Assembly (NCBI GenBank): GCA_040954595.2 | Contig: CM082594.2 | Coordinates: 3,829,319-3,893,318 of the forward strand | From: Balanoglossus misakiensis | Lineage: Eukaryota > Animalia > Hemichordata | DNA length: 64,000 bases | Direction of reading: 5' to 3' | In this document: in pieces, positions 36,401 to 51,900 of the stretch | Numbering within the stretch: position 1 is the stretch's first letter | Layout of the letters: the number at the start of each line of letters is the position of its first letter | Notes under the pieces: model-generated | The model's input: the letters and a program-made list of their open reading frames with translations, nothing else | Told to the model about the DNA's origin: nothing | Databases searched by the model: none | Made by a program: the position numbers and the translations under genes

Positions 36401-39400
36401 ACAGAGCTGAGTCTATGTTAACATTTTCGTCAGGCCACTTTTTTCAAACTTTTACCATATTGTCTTACAGAAAGCTCTAAATTGCAATTGGAGAGTATAT
36501 TGACTTTAACACTATCTCCTGGGCATGGCTCTCTGGTAATACGAAATGAATAACAGATACATTGAAAGGTTACATAAATAAAATCAAATAATAAAATATT
36601 GTTCGTGCAACCAGAACACGGCTAACTATGTGGATAATTCGTCTGTAGTGTTCGCATTGGGAATATATGTCAACATAAGTCAATGTAACGCTCTAATCAA
36701 TTCTGTTATATTTTGATATACAAATATACCACTGAGTATTTCCATCACTGACTTGTCTCTAGCGTTCCGGCCTTCGTTAATTTTGCAAAGGATGGGTCTT
36801 GGCCCGTTATAAATGTCGATTTTCAACTTTGCAAAAAATGTAGGCTGCCTATGTAGGCTTAGGTTAGTGGCAGGACATGGTTTTCGCGGGCGGACGACCG
36901 ATCCCCGGATAACATAACCCGCCTCTTTGAATTAAGGAAGGTTTCGAACTGTAGTTTTCAACTGCAATGTTTCCATTGGCAAGCAAGATGTGATGTATAT
37001 GAATAGAATTACGTGTTGCGGAAGATTAATGAAGCCAGCAGAAATTCCAGTACATTGCTGGAAACATTCGGCCTAAAAGGTCACACAACAAAGCAGCAGG
37101 TCGCCGTGATGAGGTCAGAAAAGTAAGACATCACACACAGCAATTACGAGAGACATCTGAATAACAGCAAATCTCGATTCATTCACCATCAGGAATTATT
37201 TTACTTCACAGTAAATATTTGTTTGATGCTTACAATTTCACAAGAAAAAACATTTCTTGGGTGTGTATCCGTCGACAAATGACTGCCTAATTAAAAGAAA
37301 ACAGAACTAAAGTGAAAAAATCCCATGAGGATTAGGTAATATTGTTCAGAATGAAAAGAACATGAAAATTAGCCCACGCTCGTCCCATATAATCCGCATT
37401 AATCGCATGATCATTTGTACGATTTTCATTATTGGGCAGAATTAAATTAATAAACGGAATTTGAATATGAAAGAGTGTATATACCGCTGTTGTTTTGAAA
37501 GTACTGTTTCGGAATAACAATTTTTTTTAAAAGGCTTTTCGAAAGTTGATTATGAACGCACAATTAAATCAAGGAAACTGATGATTCCTCTTGACTAGTT
37601 GTCACAAGTGGCAGGTTCATTCATTAGTTGCAAGGAAGTGTTTTTTGAATTGGATTTTCCCAAAAGAAGACAAATAATCTTTCCTAATATCATATTCTTT
37701 TCCATCAGTGTGAGTCTTCTGCAAACATTTCACCAGAAGCCCGGGTTTTTATGTGTCTGAGTTTGCGAGATTGATACGGTAATCATGCCCACTCTGTACA
37801 CAGTTAAAGTGTTTTGTGGGAGTTCCAAGACACTGCTAGCTTGTGTCTCGTCGAAGCTGGTGAATTTAATCAAACTTGCACAAGGAGAACATATAGGCGA
37901 GGCACACAATGTGAACTAATGCTGTTCACGTGTCGAGAGGGGGAAAATAACATTTTTTTCAATATGGACCTTGTCGTGCTTGGAGTGTGAAATAATCATA
38001 TCGTTAACGCCAAAACATACGAACATGCGCTGCCAAACAGGAAGCGCAGACTCTGTTACGAAGGACAAGGCCGGCATTTGCTTTTAATTGCAAGGTCAGA
38101 TCACACGAACTAAAACTCAAAAGAATTATCGATCCCGTCAAAATGTAGGTCAGTCACCACGAAGGGACTGCGATGTTCTCTTGGCGTGAGAAGTTCCCCG
38201 CATATATTCGTGCACATGTAAATCTGTAGATCGAAACTGCGTTGTTGTTTTTTCACGGCATGTAGTGGAGAAACTGCCCGGGGAGCAGGCCTGACTATTT
38301 TGATGTTTTCTACTTCACGAGGGATTTCACCATGGCTTTTACAAGACTTTTTCTCAGCGGTTTCTCTGCTGACCTTTCTGCTTCAAGGTGACATTCACAA
38401 ACAAATGCAGCCAAGACAACGAGACCGAATGACTGAAAGTTAACACTGTGACCATATTACCGCGATTAATAATACCTACCCAAGAAATAAGTAACCATAG
38501 GTTTTGACAGGCATTTAAAATTGCAATTTTGAGAGAATCTATTTTGTAAACTTGTGACTTTCACATGCTTTTAAAAGTATATACAAGTTACATCTAATTT
38601 AGATATGCCCAGATAGCGACGGCTAAAAGGGGGGCATGTGACTGTTCTGATGACCACGTGGTGGCGCAGCTTTTTTGCGTTGTCACCCAAGTGAAAATCT
38701 GTGATTGGCTAGATATCTGTCCATGTTATGGGGAGAGTAACAGAGGGCAGTGTAATGACTAAGAGTTGGTCACCTCTTTTAAACATACCGAGTTGTAGTT
38801 TAGACACTTTACCTTACTAATTAAAAAGTTCAAAGGATAAACTACCACTTCAGGGCAATTCGTCTGGGTGCTTTTCCCCGTTTGGTTCAATTATTTTCAC
38901 ACCGCGCGCATTTCTTGAAAATATGCCCAGTTGTAATTTTCACAGTTACCAAGCGATGTTTTTACTTATTAAACATTCCGCATATGAGACCCCGTATCAC
39001 AATACAAATCTATCCACACCCGTACAGAAAATACAATCTGAAAGTGTTCATTTGCCATTTAAAGTTTACGGAACGTTAAACACTCGCCACTAACTCGCCA
39101 ACTATTCGGTTGAGGGTGTCAGCGCTATGATTATTCCACTTTGTGTATAGTCAAGGCGTTGCTACGAGCCTCAACACACACGACAATACCGAAGTGTCAC
39201 GTAAAGCAATGCCGACAACGTTTTTACAGAACACCGGTCGCCTTGTTAGATTTAAGATACGAAAAGGTTCCTTTTATTTTTCTTTTGTAGCCGAAATGTA
39301 TTCTCACAAACAAATGCTTTACGCAGTGACTGTGCGAATTTTTCAAACCGATTACAAACGCTGATTGAACGCAGGTAATCTGCAAAGCGGGCCTCATCAA

Positions 39401-42400
39401 ACGTGAGATTTACAAAAACTCGGTAAACGATCTCTTATGCGTTGTAGATTTGGTTGTAGTTTGCTTATTTAGCCACTGGGTTTGACATGACATATATTCT
39501 CGGAAAAAATAGTCGTATGATTACTGAATTCTGCCTTTGTTGCGAACCCCAAGTTATTGCCGCGGCAATTTTTTTCTGTGTCATCAGTGTTGTGAAATAT
39601 TGGTTCGTGTGTAAATGATGATTGCTCGAGAGAGATTAAGAAAATAGTGTAAACTCCTGCTGCACTCAACTCAAGTTCCTCTGGGCGGTCATTTCCGCAT
39701 TCTGTACTTTTTCGCGCAGTCAGGACTATGACGGTGGCTTTACTTGTGGATACACAATGAATGGCGCAAGCCAAATGGACCACATGTCTTTTTCTTTCGT
39801 CGATTGAAATCCAAACTATGTTTCTGATGTCATCAGCCAGATGTCATATGCAAAGTTGTCCACCTGTTTCAAACATAATTGCGTTCGAATCAAACCCTGG
39901 AGTGGAAACAATTGAAGTCTAGTCAGGTGTGTTTGTCTTTATATAACATGTAGACAGATACGAATACGGAGCGAAAAAAATGTTGCGGAAATCAAGTAAG
40001 CTGCTACAACAGCAGAGGAAAATTGCTCTGTGGCTTTGTTGCAAAAAGACATATGATCCATCTGTGACTGTCGTGACAGGAACAGTGACGACAACATATG
40101 GCCGGTCAGTGAGTGTTCTGTAACAACTCCCGAAATGTATCTATAAATGGGTTCGGCAGGCGGCAAAACACACGGACATCCTCATGCGCGCATAATTATT
40201 TTGGCGTCAGTGGCTTACAGCAAAAAGAACACGGATACCCCAATAAATATAGATAATATTCTGAGTGACCCTTTGTCTGTATACATTTTTCTGAAATTCA
40301 CTGATACCTGATAACATTTTGACACAAATCGCACCGTACAGTGACGTTGTCAGCAAAAATCAACTGAATCAAGAGGATGTGCGTTCAAGGGAGATGAATA
40401 TTTTGCAGCTTGCGTGACAAAGACGTGTGGTCATTGTACACGCCGGGAAACCCTGCGTGCCATCCGCACGCAGTGTTTCTGTCATGACATCTATAGTCAT
40501 CATATATACCACGTGGTACCTTCCTTTGGCAACTCTATGATTTCAAGACGACAGTTTCAACCGGTCATTCAATCATGACCGATAGATTGATCAATCAGCT
40601 AGTCATTCAACGAAACCATTTGCAGGTTGTTTGTACTGCCAACAAGATTTGGGGAAATAAGGCGAAACACTGTTTAAACTGAACTAGTCGACATACCAAC
40701 AACTATACAGTTGATCGCGTGTATATTATGTAGAAAAAATACTGAAATTGAAACCACAGAATCATATCAACAGACGGATAGCAGGCAATGTCACGAATCT
40801 ATGTATATCCAAGGAATCAATCGTGGGACACCAGGAATCGCGTCTCATACTTTATTGATATCCAAGACACGTCTGAGTGATATTTTTAGATAACTTCCCT
40901 ATAAGCTAAAGTGAGAATCTTTTACTTTGCCGTCTATGCCGCTTGGAACTTATTCACATCGTATAGTGTGGAATGACGTTTGTGGCCCAGAAGGGCTTTA
41001 AGCCAAAGGCACAGTATAAATCATTCAAAGAGCTATTATATATACATGTCGCCAAAACGATTATTACGCAAATGGAGATATCTTTCGCTGTGCGCGGCGT
41101 TTTGACCTTTCGACTTTCATGATATATATGGACGACGCCATCATATTGACGAAGACTTGCTATTAATTCCTAACATGTGTAAGTTGCATGCCAGTTTCAA
41201 CATTTTGCGATAAACATTATTTCAACGACAATGGTCAGATAGGGTTAAACAAGGATTCGGATCTTTAATGAGATTTTTCTCAGAAATGGTTGCATGTTCG
41301 CTGTGAGCAAAGGCAACGATTAATTTTGATCAATTTTCCGGTTGTTACTTAGAGTGATACTTTTGTTTGTGAGAAATAACGAATAGACCTTGGATAAGCT
41401 ATATCGACGCCAAGATAGGGACGAATTGTATTGCTCCTTATATCACAATGGTTGTATAACATATTTTGCCAATTATAACGACAGAAACACGATCAAGTGC
41501 AGACAGTCAGTCAGACAGACAAACAGACAGACAGCAAAAAACGACGGTTTACCCTATTATTTCTGTCGACTCCTATTTTCAATTTCTGGGACGAGGAGTC
41601 GGGTATTAACATGCCGCTACTGAAGTCATAGGAAAAAGCCATAGAAGTATCATTTGAAACATTTAATGTTAATAATGCGAAAGATATTTTTCAGGAGGAA
41701 GAAATCGATTTCCCAATTAACGAAGAAACCATATTACTATTCAAGGATAGAGGGCACAGAATGAAAGTGGTATGAGGTAAATAACTCTACACAAAGCAGC
41801 TTATTAATAATTAATTAACTCTTTAATTGCTTACAGTGTGACCAGTAAACTTATTCACAGTCATTATTATTTCGCCTACACGCCGTCATATCCAATAGGG
41901 ATAAAAATCAATTTTACAAACATCTCAGCATTAATAATTCCCCTCATTTTCCGAGTATTTCTATCGAACGTAATCTCCAGTGTACTTTTAAAATAGTTCG
42001 TTGTTCAGTGTTAAGTCGAGTTTATTCAGCGCACAACTGTATAACGACTTCCTATCAGCATTAACCGAAGGCAGGGGATGATAATATTTCAAATTACTGC
42101 CCACCTGTCAACAATCGTGTGAATCAAATCTACTTCAGCGAGACGAAACACATGTTAGTGTTTTTGCTGACTTATATGAAGTGAAACCCAACCCGGTACT
42201 CAGTCCCTAGATAAATTAGAAAAGTGTTTCTCGAGAAATTGGCGATTGGCTTGTTTGGAATGATATTATCTGACATCTTTAAGGGTGGTGTCAATTCTTA
42301 TTAGATTTTTTTTCTCTTAAGCGCAGGTCTGTGTAATTATTTGCGCAGAGCTAAATTGCTATTATTGCCGTTTGGGTGAAACACACTGGGTCCTCCGGAA

Positions 42401-45007
42401 TGATAACTGCACCTGACTCAAGACACGCGCCGGGGAATAAAGACAGCAACATATAAGTATTTAAACACGTCTGTTGCGGTTCGGTATATTTGAATTTTTA
42501 AAAATAAGACCGTTGCGCTTTCTTCGATACATTTAATTAAATTATGCACTAAACAAGGGGCGATAAAATATCAGCCTTAGCACGAAGTTGTGTGCTTCAT
42601 GCTTAGATAATTAGTCAACTCTTGTAAATATACTTCAGGTGTTTCAAATTCGCAGAGGACAGTTTTATGTTTTACGTTGTCGCATAAGGACCATGTGAAC
42701 GCTTAGTATCCTGAAAAAGGCTGAAATGACAGAATTGTGGTAATGTGTCTTTTTATTAATGTAATTATAAAATTATAATCCTATTTCAATGTTTGCTCCT
42801 ATTGATATGTTGTATGAAAATAACAGATATGATTTTTGTTCAGGAAAATAGCAAGGTGGGATGCTGTGTATTCTTGACGAGTAATTTCCAATTGAATATA
42901 TTCGATGCTATTAAAAATAAATTTCACGAAAGAAAACTACGAAGTGAAAAGCCAGCATTGCTGATAATGTAACAGTTATTAGGTGCAAGGTGAGAATTGT
43001 CTCACAAATGTTGGCGTAAACGTTTGCAGCTGTCGTTTAGCGTACATTGAGCAAGCCTTTTAATGCCACATGTATTTAGTTGTGTTCAAGTTCAAGGTGC
43101 TCTTCTATATGACACAGGCGTGTACTCTGTGGCCATTTGTGCAGGTGGGTAATTCTGTCGCTCTGCAAACAGGAAACATACGTGTCCTTCAAATGGGTCA
43201 TCGGTTTTAAGTAACTTTTAGCACAATATGGATTCACAGTGTGGTGTCTTGAGTTACATATGCTGTTTCTGTGGCGTTTGCCTTTTCTCAAAACTAGTTT
43301 TCGTGGTCAAATCCCAAGCCAAAAGCAGGTGGCATGTGTTTTTTGCAACAAAAAATACATTATTCTTGCAATAAAAATTATTATAATTGTTTCTGACATT
43401 TTTAGTTACATGTATCATTTAGACGAACGAAGTAGAGCGTGAATATCTGTGGCGAGGTGTGTTAACTCTTTTCGAACTTCTTACATTACTTCCAGGTTTA
43501 ATTCTAATGGGAAATCTTTTCTGACTTTCCACTTCTGTACTTTTACTGCGTTAACTGCAACGTATTACAGGTGGATTTAGTATTAATCACTGGTGATGCT
43601 ACTACTTTCCAGTTAGTATAAACCCAGCCGTAACTCACAGCCGCGAGAGGTAATTAATGGATGCTCATGGCCCAAGAAACACAGATCGTGCTGCAAGAAT
43701 AGAACATTTGCAGACTGGAAAAACAAGGCTATTCAACACGACCGTCAATGTTGTACCAAGGTTGAATAAGAAAACGAAGTTCACATTGAAGGACACACTC
43801 CGTGCCGCTTGAATCACTGTCGTCATCGGCATAATGAAGTACTTGCTCAATTACAAAGAATGCCCTTTACTCTGGAGCTTTCATAGACACGGATTCAGCA
43901 GCCTACATTTGAACAGATATGTCCTTCAGAAACAACGTAGGTAGATAGGAATATGTTTTGCATTTTTTGACTCAGTAATAATATCGAACTGTGTGACACA
44001 TTTTCGACATTTATCTAATCTAGCGGGATTTTCTCTCAAACGGAGAAAAAAGTCTAGAGGTAGGAGCTTTGAACTAGATAGGGTATAGGCCCAGTTACCA
44101 TTGCCAATTCATGAAAGAAACGCCGACTGAGGTTACACATAAAAGAGTCCAATTTCCATAACTTGCACATGACATTCTTGGAAATAAATGTGAATTCGCT
44201 GTTAGCCAGTTTCGCAACAAAAGAAAGCAATTCATTAATACCTGCTCAGTCAGCTGTCTATAAATGTTCGTTTGCTTTGAACTACAACCATGCTTTGGAT
44301 GACTTGCTAGAAATGCACATTTCTAAAATAGGAACGTGACTGCTGATAAACAGTTTACTTCTGAGCCGGTGCAGATTTCCTGAAGTGCATGCAGCACAGT
44401 ATGTTTGGAGTTCATTCAAGCCATCTAAAACTAACAACATTACTTCAGAACCACGCTAAGCCGACATTCCATAATATCCCACTGCAAATCATATTGCCAT
44501 ACGAAACGTAAAAATCAATTCCGTTTTCTCCTCTTAAATTACAGGTTGGAATGAAATGTGAAATTCAAGATGTGTTGATCTAAGCTGAATTACATCAGCT
44601 AATCCATACCATCGAAGTGAAATCGACATTTGATATCCCTGATTTCAATGCAACAAGCAACTTCTGAAAGAAGCGAGCGGCAAGAATATCCATCAACCAA
44701 AATGGTGGGAACAGCATAAACAACAAAATAAACGTCTCTCTGATTAACCTTCGCGTGGAAATATGATTTTGAAAAACTAAATTAAGGTTTCAACGCCCAG
44801 TATGGCTGACGTACAGTGTCGGTTTCACCGGTGGATATTTCAGAGAACAACTTCCATCGAGCGAGACACAAAGCTAATAATGCGATTACTCCAGCACAAT
44901 ATACATAAACAGCAGCGTGGTAATGATATAGTCTTCTTATTGGCAATGTTTTCTCCACAATCCCCCCTTTCATTTCATTGTAGTTAACACCATGTACGTC
45001 CATTTAT

Positions 45008-45094
45008 AAGATCATCACTGTACTCTGCTGAGACCAGATTTCTTCGCGAGAATAGGCCACCTGGCCCGTTCTCAGAATCCACAGACAGTGATCT
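45008..45094. repeat. Imperfect palindrome or hairpin element remnant
   Basis: Outer AAGATCA(T)CACTGT/ACAGTGATCTT; inner GAGAATAGGCCA/TGGCCCGTTCTC. Confidence 0.45.
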
Positions 45095-48000
45095 TAGTTT
45101 TCCTCACCGACGCTGTCGTCGGCTTTGTCCGCCGTGGTCTTCTCATTAACTAGCGCTGTAAGACACAACTTCCAACAATACCAGTACATGTTTCCACTCG
45201 CGCGTATCAAGGTGGCCGCTGAAAGGAACTGTAATCAGTCGGATGTAGCGAGCATGGGACACAGGGATTTCCAGGCAGACAGGCAGGCGCCAACAAACTT
45301 CGCGCGCAAAAGAGGATTCTTTGCAGACGACAATGAGCAGGGATTAGGAATGAAACCCCCATATACTCAAGAACAAAATACAGGATGATATTGGGTTAGG
45401 TAGGAAATGTTACAAATAAAGCGGAAGAAAGCTAATTTCCAGTCAAAACTGTTGATGTAAGACTAAGCTCCCCTGCTTAAAGTCTTCTAATGTTTCACCA
45501 TCTTATAGAACATAAAGGAACGGAGTCTGTACCATAACAATGTAAGTTTAATTGATTAAAGCTCATAAGAGACTGCTGACTTAAGCTATGTTTGTTTTAC
45601 TTCTTTCGTCTTATATATCATATTCTTCCGCATGGCATTCAAGACTCTGGTGGCTTCATCACACTAACTCACAAGATCTTTTCGTGAAAAAAATAAACTA
45701 TACACGTTCTTTCATTGACAATTGGACCCATACCAACTTTAAAACAAACTTTCTTTCTCTGTTCTCCACATAGAGAGAAAAGTGTCTGTGAATCCAACTC
45801 TGTGATACAAATCCGATAGCCACGGATATCGTAGTACACGTCGTCAGTTTTCTGCGCTATGATTGGTAGAATGATTCTCACGTGATGAGCGCCATTTTCG
45901 CACCGTTGATACATTAACTTGAGCAATTAGCGCACTGTTACAATCCGGGTTCTGTTCCGAAAATGGCAAAACAGCAACGAGTGAACTCTTTTACCGTTGG
46001 CAATTTCATTACCTTTAAAAAAAATTCGCTCGCTGGTGCATTTCGCAAAGTACATTCCTGTAAGTATAACCGCAAACAATAAACACAGATCTGCATGGTG
46101 GTGGCTTTTGAAACAGAAATAGTTCATCAACCAAAGTAGGAGAAATGCAGTATGTTGTAAGAGCACACCGGATAGTCTCAGGGTTATGGATCTATGCCAA
46201 CATCTGACCGAAGCCATGACTGTATCTGAGCGGTTATAAAGTAATCGGGCTCACAAATTATACAAAGTGTCATTCTTGCCATTCTTGGTCTCGCGCGTAT
46301 ATGTATATACGGCATACCCTCGTACTAGAGCTGGTAGGAATTACTAATACCATCAACTACCCTTTTTTGAGAAACATGACGCACAGAAAAGATCAAACCA
46401 CAGAAAAACGTTTGCAGGCAACTTTGGGTATTAATGTAACAGCTAGTATTCAATACAAAATGAAAGAATAAAAGTTGTGAACATGTACTGTTATCATTGT
46501 GTGAAATTCTCGGCTTCTACAGGATTTGTCATCATATTATATACATGTATGCATTTGTCCAGAACTTCATAATTTTTTAAGTACACGTGTTAATATGCCT
46601 GTGCGGTTAAGTGTTGTTTTCTGTTAACCTTTCGTTAACCTATGTTCTTCTTCCGACTGGGCAGCTATAGTTGCAAGATTTCACTTGTATGTTTCATGTG
46701 AATTATTTTTATTTGATTGAAAGAATGTTGTCTTTATTTTATAAGGCCTTGACAGAAATCCACCAAAAAGTCCGGAGCACTGCTCCAACAGCTGATAGTA
46801 ATTTGAATGTTTTGATACAAATAACATTCGAGGTTATCGTTTTCACGATGTTTTATTTTAATATTTATTCAGCATGGTATCTGCTGTTCAGACAGTTTTG
46901 ATTATTGATTTAAGGAATCATTATTGAGTAATTGGTGTGCCCGCATACTTGACTCCCGATTCTGATAACATGCCTTAAATAAAAGTCACTCTGCATGTTC
47001 TGAAAACAACCTGAGAGTAAATCAGCCCTTCTCACTTTCACTCTTCTGTCTAGAAGCGACAAACGAAACAACACCAAGATATATCTGTGTTTTGGCTCCT
47101 TTCTTTAAGTTCAATAGACCCTCTGCCGAACTCCACGAGACTGTTTGAGATTTTGCGTGCCTCGGTAGTTTTTATGACACCATCATCATCGGTTAAAGCA
47201 AGATAATTGCATTCAATGATAGTCATCGTCGTCTTAGTACGCTCTAAGTAATATTTTCTTACATACAATTTCTTCATCATAGGTGCCATGGAAATGAAAA
47301 GAAAATTTGGAAAATCGACTGTGTCAATCGTTATAATCAGATAACACACGTCCACTTCCGCCAATTAATGCATACGCACTCATGTACAAGAATATATCAA
47401 AATAAAGGAAAAACGATTTTGCGATAAAGGAATAAAATGCCTTGTTTTTCGACCGTTTTCTTTGCCTTCCTTTCAGAGAATGGATTCTATGCAACGCAAA
47501 TAATTTCAATACTATTACCTAAAGAGAAATTAGATAGAGGTATTACAATCAAATAAAAGCAAATAATCAGACAATGGATACACTGACAGTGAGGTCAGAC
47601 AAATGGGGAAAAAAGAATTCTTCAGAATCGCCACTTCTGCTATTTCCGACAGAGAAATTCTATATTCCTATTTTGATTGACAGTACAGCACTGGAGTTTT
47701 CGTTCTGTCTGGATAGAAATCTTAGCATCCATTTAAATTAAACATTTTCAATGTGAAGTATTCTTATTTCATTATCAAATGAAACAAAGCGTTAGAAACC
47801 AATACTTTTGCATTTTTATACTATTCTAGCATATTCAGCGTCATGACATTTTAGAGCAATTCCACTGCCTCTTTTGCTTTACTAAGCATTCAAAGGAAAA
47901 CATCAATTTAATATTTTTCTATTTGGGCTAATCATATTGTTTCAAGCGCCAAAAACATGACAAGAAACCCTATGCACGTAAATTTGAAAAAAAAAGTTAA

Positions 48001-48680
48001 CAAATCAGTCAGCTGTGATCCTCTTCATGAAAATATTGATTTTACAAATTAAAAACTTGCATATACATTCTTTGACCTAGAGAAGAGCACAGGTTATAAG
48101 TCTGTTTCAACAAGGAAATTGTAAATATGTGTGGTCCGGATTTGTGCTTAAAGTTGCAATTCCTCGACCCTCCTCTGTCGCAAATTCAGCCTAGTAATGT
48201 ATAATCCACAATTACTATATGGCTTCGTCTGAAAAGACAACCATTTTCATCAAACTACATGATTTATGCCAACCTGCACAGTATGCATCGAAGAAGGCAT
48301 CAGATGCTGGCTTATGCGTACTATGCACCCGACTTATCATGAAAATTGAGCAGCATAAAGAATAGCTGACAGAGAGAAATGATGACGTGTGAATCACATG
48401 TCTCAAACGTGGTGTCGAGACAAGCTGGTGTGACAGTGAGATAAGCTTTTTTGGTATTTGTGTGAGCTGATATCTGTCATAGTGGAGCAAAGTCTCTGCT
48501 AAATGTGTATTTAGAGAAACGTTCAAGCGTATACATGACAGCTGCATATCAATCGCCGCAATCGGAAAATAACTGGAATACTTTCGTATCACGGTCTCGG
48601 TAATACGAGTTGTACATGTCAAGTTTCGTTGGTACACGATTTTAACACATAGTTCTGTCTATAGTTGGTGTTGCGTACGT

Positions 48681-48920
48681 TGTGTTGTGGTGTGTTGCGT
48701 TGTGTTGTATTGCATTGTATTGTGTTGTGTTGTGTTGTGTTGTGTTGTGTTGTGTTGTGTTGTGTTGTGCTGTGTTGTGTTGTGTTGTGTTGTGTTGTGT
48801 TGTGTTGTGTTGTGCTGTGCTGTGTCGTGTCGTGTCGTGTCGTGTCGTGTCGTGTCGTGTCGTGTTGTGTTGTGTTGTGTTGTGTTGTGTTGTGTTGTGT
48901 TGTGTTGTGTTGTGTTGTGT
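48681..48920. repeat. (TGTGT)n/(TGTCG)n pentanucleotide microsatellite
   Basis: Directly visible; source of the spurious HNTTQ/VVLCC ORFs. Confidence 0.97.
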
Positions 48921-51900
48921 AGTATTGACATATGATGGTACCACCGTTTAGCAAAGGTTCAAGATGTCCATATTGTCAATGTCATATTCCTGTGTGTTTC
49001 TGGGAAGCAGTACTTTACATGACTTAACTCGAACGATAATGGTTATTGAACCTGATTTGATGCCATATTGTGCTGCAATGATTTAAATTGACTTTGGCGC
49101 ATTGTGGCAAAATCACGTCATATAGCTCAATGCAAAAACAGACAGGAAAGTGAACCTGTCAGTGAAACACCTGTTCACAATGTGTTATCAATGTTGGCAT
49201 GAACTATGGAAATGGCCGATACAAACAAATGCATTTACCGCACTCAACATGCAGCGTCACTTTAAAACTTAACACGCCTCAGGGTAACAACAGAACCGGA
49301 TTGATAGCCTGTACAATGAAGAATTTCTGCACTTCACAATTCATTGCACTATTCACAATGTGTCTAAATGTGGAAGGGTTTCGATCAATACCGTGTACTT
49401 TGTTCGGGGTGGTGGCCCCCGAGGGGGTGCGCACCATTCATCGTGGAAATGACAAACAGTGAACGGACGCCATAGTTCAATCTGGCCAAATTTGACATAA
49501 TTCATCCCCCAGGCCATGATCATATAATCTAAAAACACACTTCTTAACTTGCCTCCCCGTTGTCTCTCCCGTCAACCGACGAAAAGCAACGCGACCATGA
49601 CACTGTGTTGCCGAACTGCAAAAGGTATCGCCACTCACCAAAGTAAGTTCAACGCGAGACAAAAGTAACAGCGTGTCTATGATTTTACCACGCCCACAGT
49701 AACGTGATCTCAAATTACATCGCCTTAGAAAAAACGCACATACATGTATAACGAGTGAGCTTATGGGTTACAGAACCATACAACCGGATTTGCTTATTAT
49801 GGCCAACTACCTAATACCTAGTGCTCAGATAATATGAAAATTGCCTCTAAATCTGTCTTTGGAACGTATGAGCCTTCTACATTTCCGGCACAAAAAGTTA
49901 TAGCCGTGAATTTTAGAGAAGCATATATTCCCGCTGTAAGTCCATGATTTTAGAGTACTTCGACATAATTGGACTACATGGCCTAAATAGGTTTGGCTGG
50001 TGCCCTAGTTGCTAACACACCACAATATACCCTGCTATAGACATCACCAACAAAAGTATACGAAGTTCAAAATAACTATACTTAGCTATTATGACAGGAA
50101 GCTGAGACTGGCGCTTTAAAATGAACCGGAAATCACTTAAGAAGACTACTAACATAGTGGTGATTGGAATTCATCCATCAGATTGACAACCTAGCCTATT
50201 TTGCCAGTCGACACAAAAGATGAACCATGGAAATGGGACAAAGTAATTACATTGCATATTATATGTTTAGCGCCCGCTCAAACATGCCAACGGTATGGAA
50301 GGGTTGACATTAAATCAGAAAAACTGTTGCCCTGGGTTACTTACACTATTCACATACGGGCCTAAGTTCAAAACATCAACCAATATATATTCCAAAATTG
50401 ACCCCATTTTTCGGATTTCTAAAAAAATTGGGATACAAGGTCATTTACCGTCGTCCAGTTGCATTATGCAAGTATTTGAAAAGCACTGGGACAATTCCAA
50501 TGTTTTAGAACCACGTTTAAGTTAGTCATAATAATACGCACAGCGAGGAGACTAACATAAGATTTCCTTAGTTTGGCCTAACGTACTGATATATTGTGGA
50601 AGGAAATCAAGCGAGGGTCACGACTTACTGATATTACAATCATATTGTTCAAATTCCCGAGCGATTATTGGTACAATTTACGATTACACAGAGAAACATT
50701 TCCAAAGCTGCCATAATTACAGATATATATCCTGCAGGATGTCTTCTGCACGTCATCTGTGTTGCAATTATAGTTCTTTCCCCAAACAGTCACCAATATA
50801 TTCAAAACAAGATAAAGTAACGGCGTGACAAATGCTACATGCAGATATCAGACCGTGAAAGGTCGTTGACTGGTTCGCTTTCACAGACTATATGAACATG
50901 TCGAGTCATGTTCAGACTTTCTGTGATTTGTGACTTCACCATAAATGGAACAAAATGCCCAGAGAAGAATATGCCCATTTTTGGCAGAGAGACATTTAAA
51001 TCGTTAGAAAAAAAAACAGGAAAAAATCATTATATTTCGACCCTACGGCCAACGACACGCTGCCTACGTGCCTAGTGGCACTTGTGAAATCCAGCTGCTT
51101 CTCCCACAAAGACAATCAGTTCCTCCACCAAATAATAGTCATAATATGTTGATCAAGATTTCGTGCGGAGTTGTGCCATAGATGACGTCACAGCCTATTC
51201 ACAACCAGTAATCTGACCTGGCATATCTGTGAAGAGCGGTAAACGATTGACTGTAATTTACAAACAGTTGGCTCACAAACCCACTTCCTTGTGCAGGAAA
51301 AAGTATTTTCATTTCTATTCAGTGTTGTCAATCATCTGTCACTGCTGTACAGCCGTCTATATCTTGATTCCACACTGCCTATAGATTGAGGCGATAATAA
51401 AACAAATTAACACACGTTCCCCTTATTTGCCTGCTGTTTGATCTGTTGACAAGTGACAGGCTAACATAACTCTGTAAACCCAAGTAACCATGTCTGCATA
51501 TCAAGGGACTTTATGACTACATGTACATTCAAAAGTTTCGAACATTTAGCCGTGCCTGGCAAAATATGGTTAAGATTATGTATTACAAACTCCGAAATCT
51601 GTAAATACCACAGAACGTTTCACGCACTGTTTCATACCAGATTGCCTTCGTCAGACGACTTTTGACAAATATAAGCAAACCACTGAATACTACGGAACTT
51701 ATTTTCGAATGTAACGTGCATATAGCCCGTTTTAGAACAGAAAACAAGCCAACACTCCCGGCAGTTTACCTTTCATGATCATACCATACCGACGTCAACT
51801 GGTTACACGATCTGCGATGTTTTTCGACAGCTACATTCAGTGAGAACTTCTGACAACAGGAAACATGACTATTATACATTATTCGAGGTTATTTTTGAGA

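Noticed and set aside
43780-43890. RHNEVLAQL resembling the RHNxV motif of restriction-endonuclease-type retrotransposons
   Set aside because: No upstream CCHC finger, no RT remnants, and stops on both sides
48619-48954. HNTTQ/VVLCC repeat ORFs
   Set aside because: Translations of the pentanucleotide microsatellite
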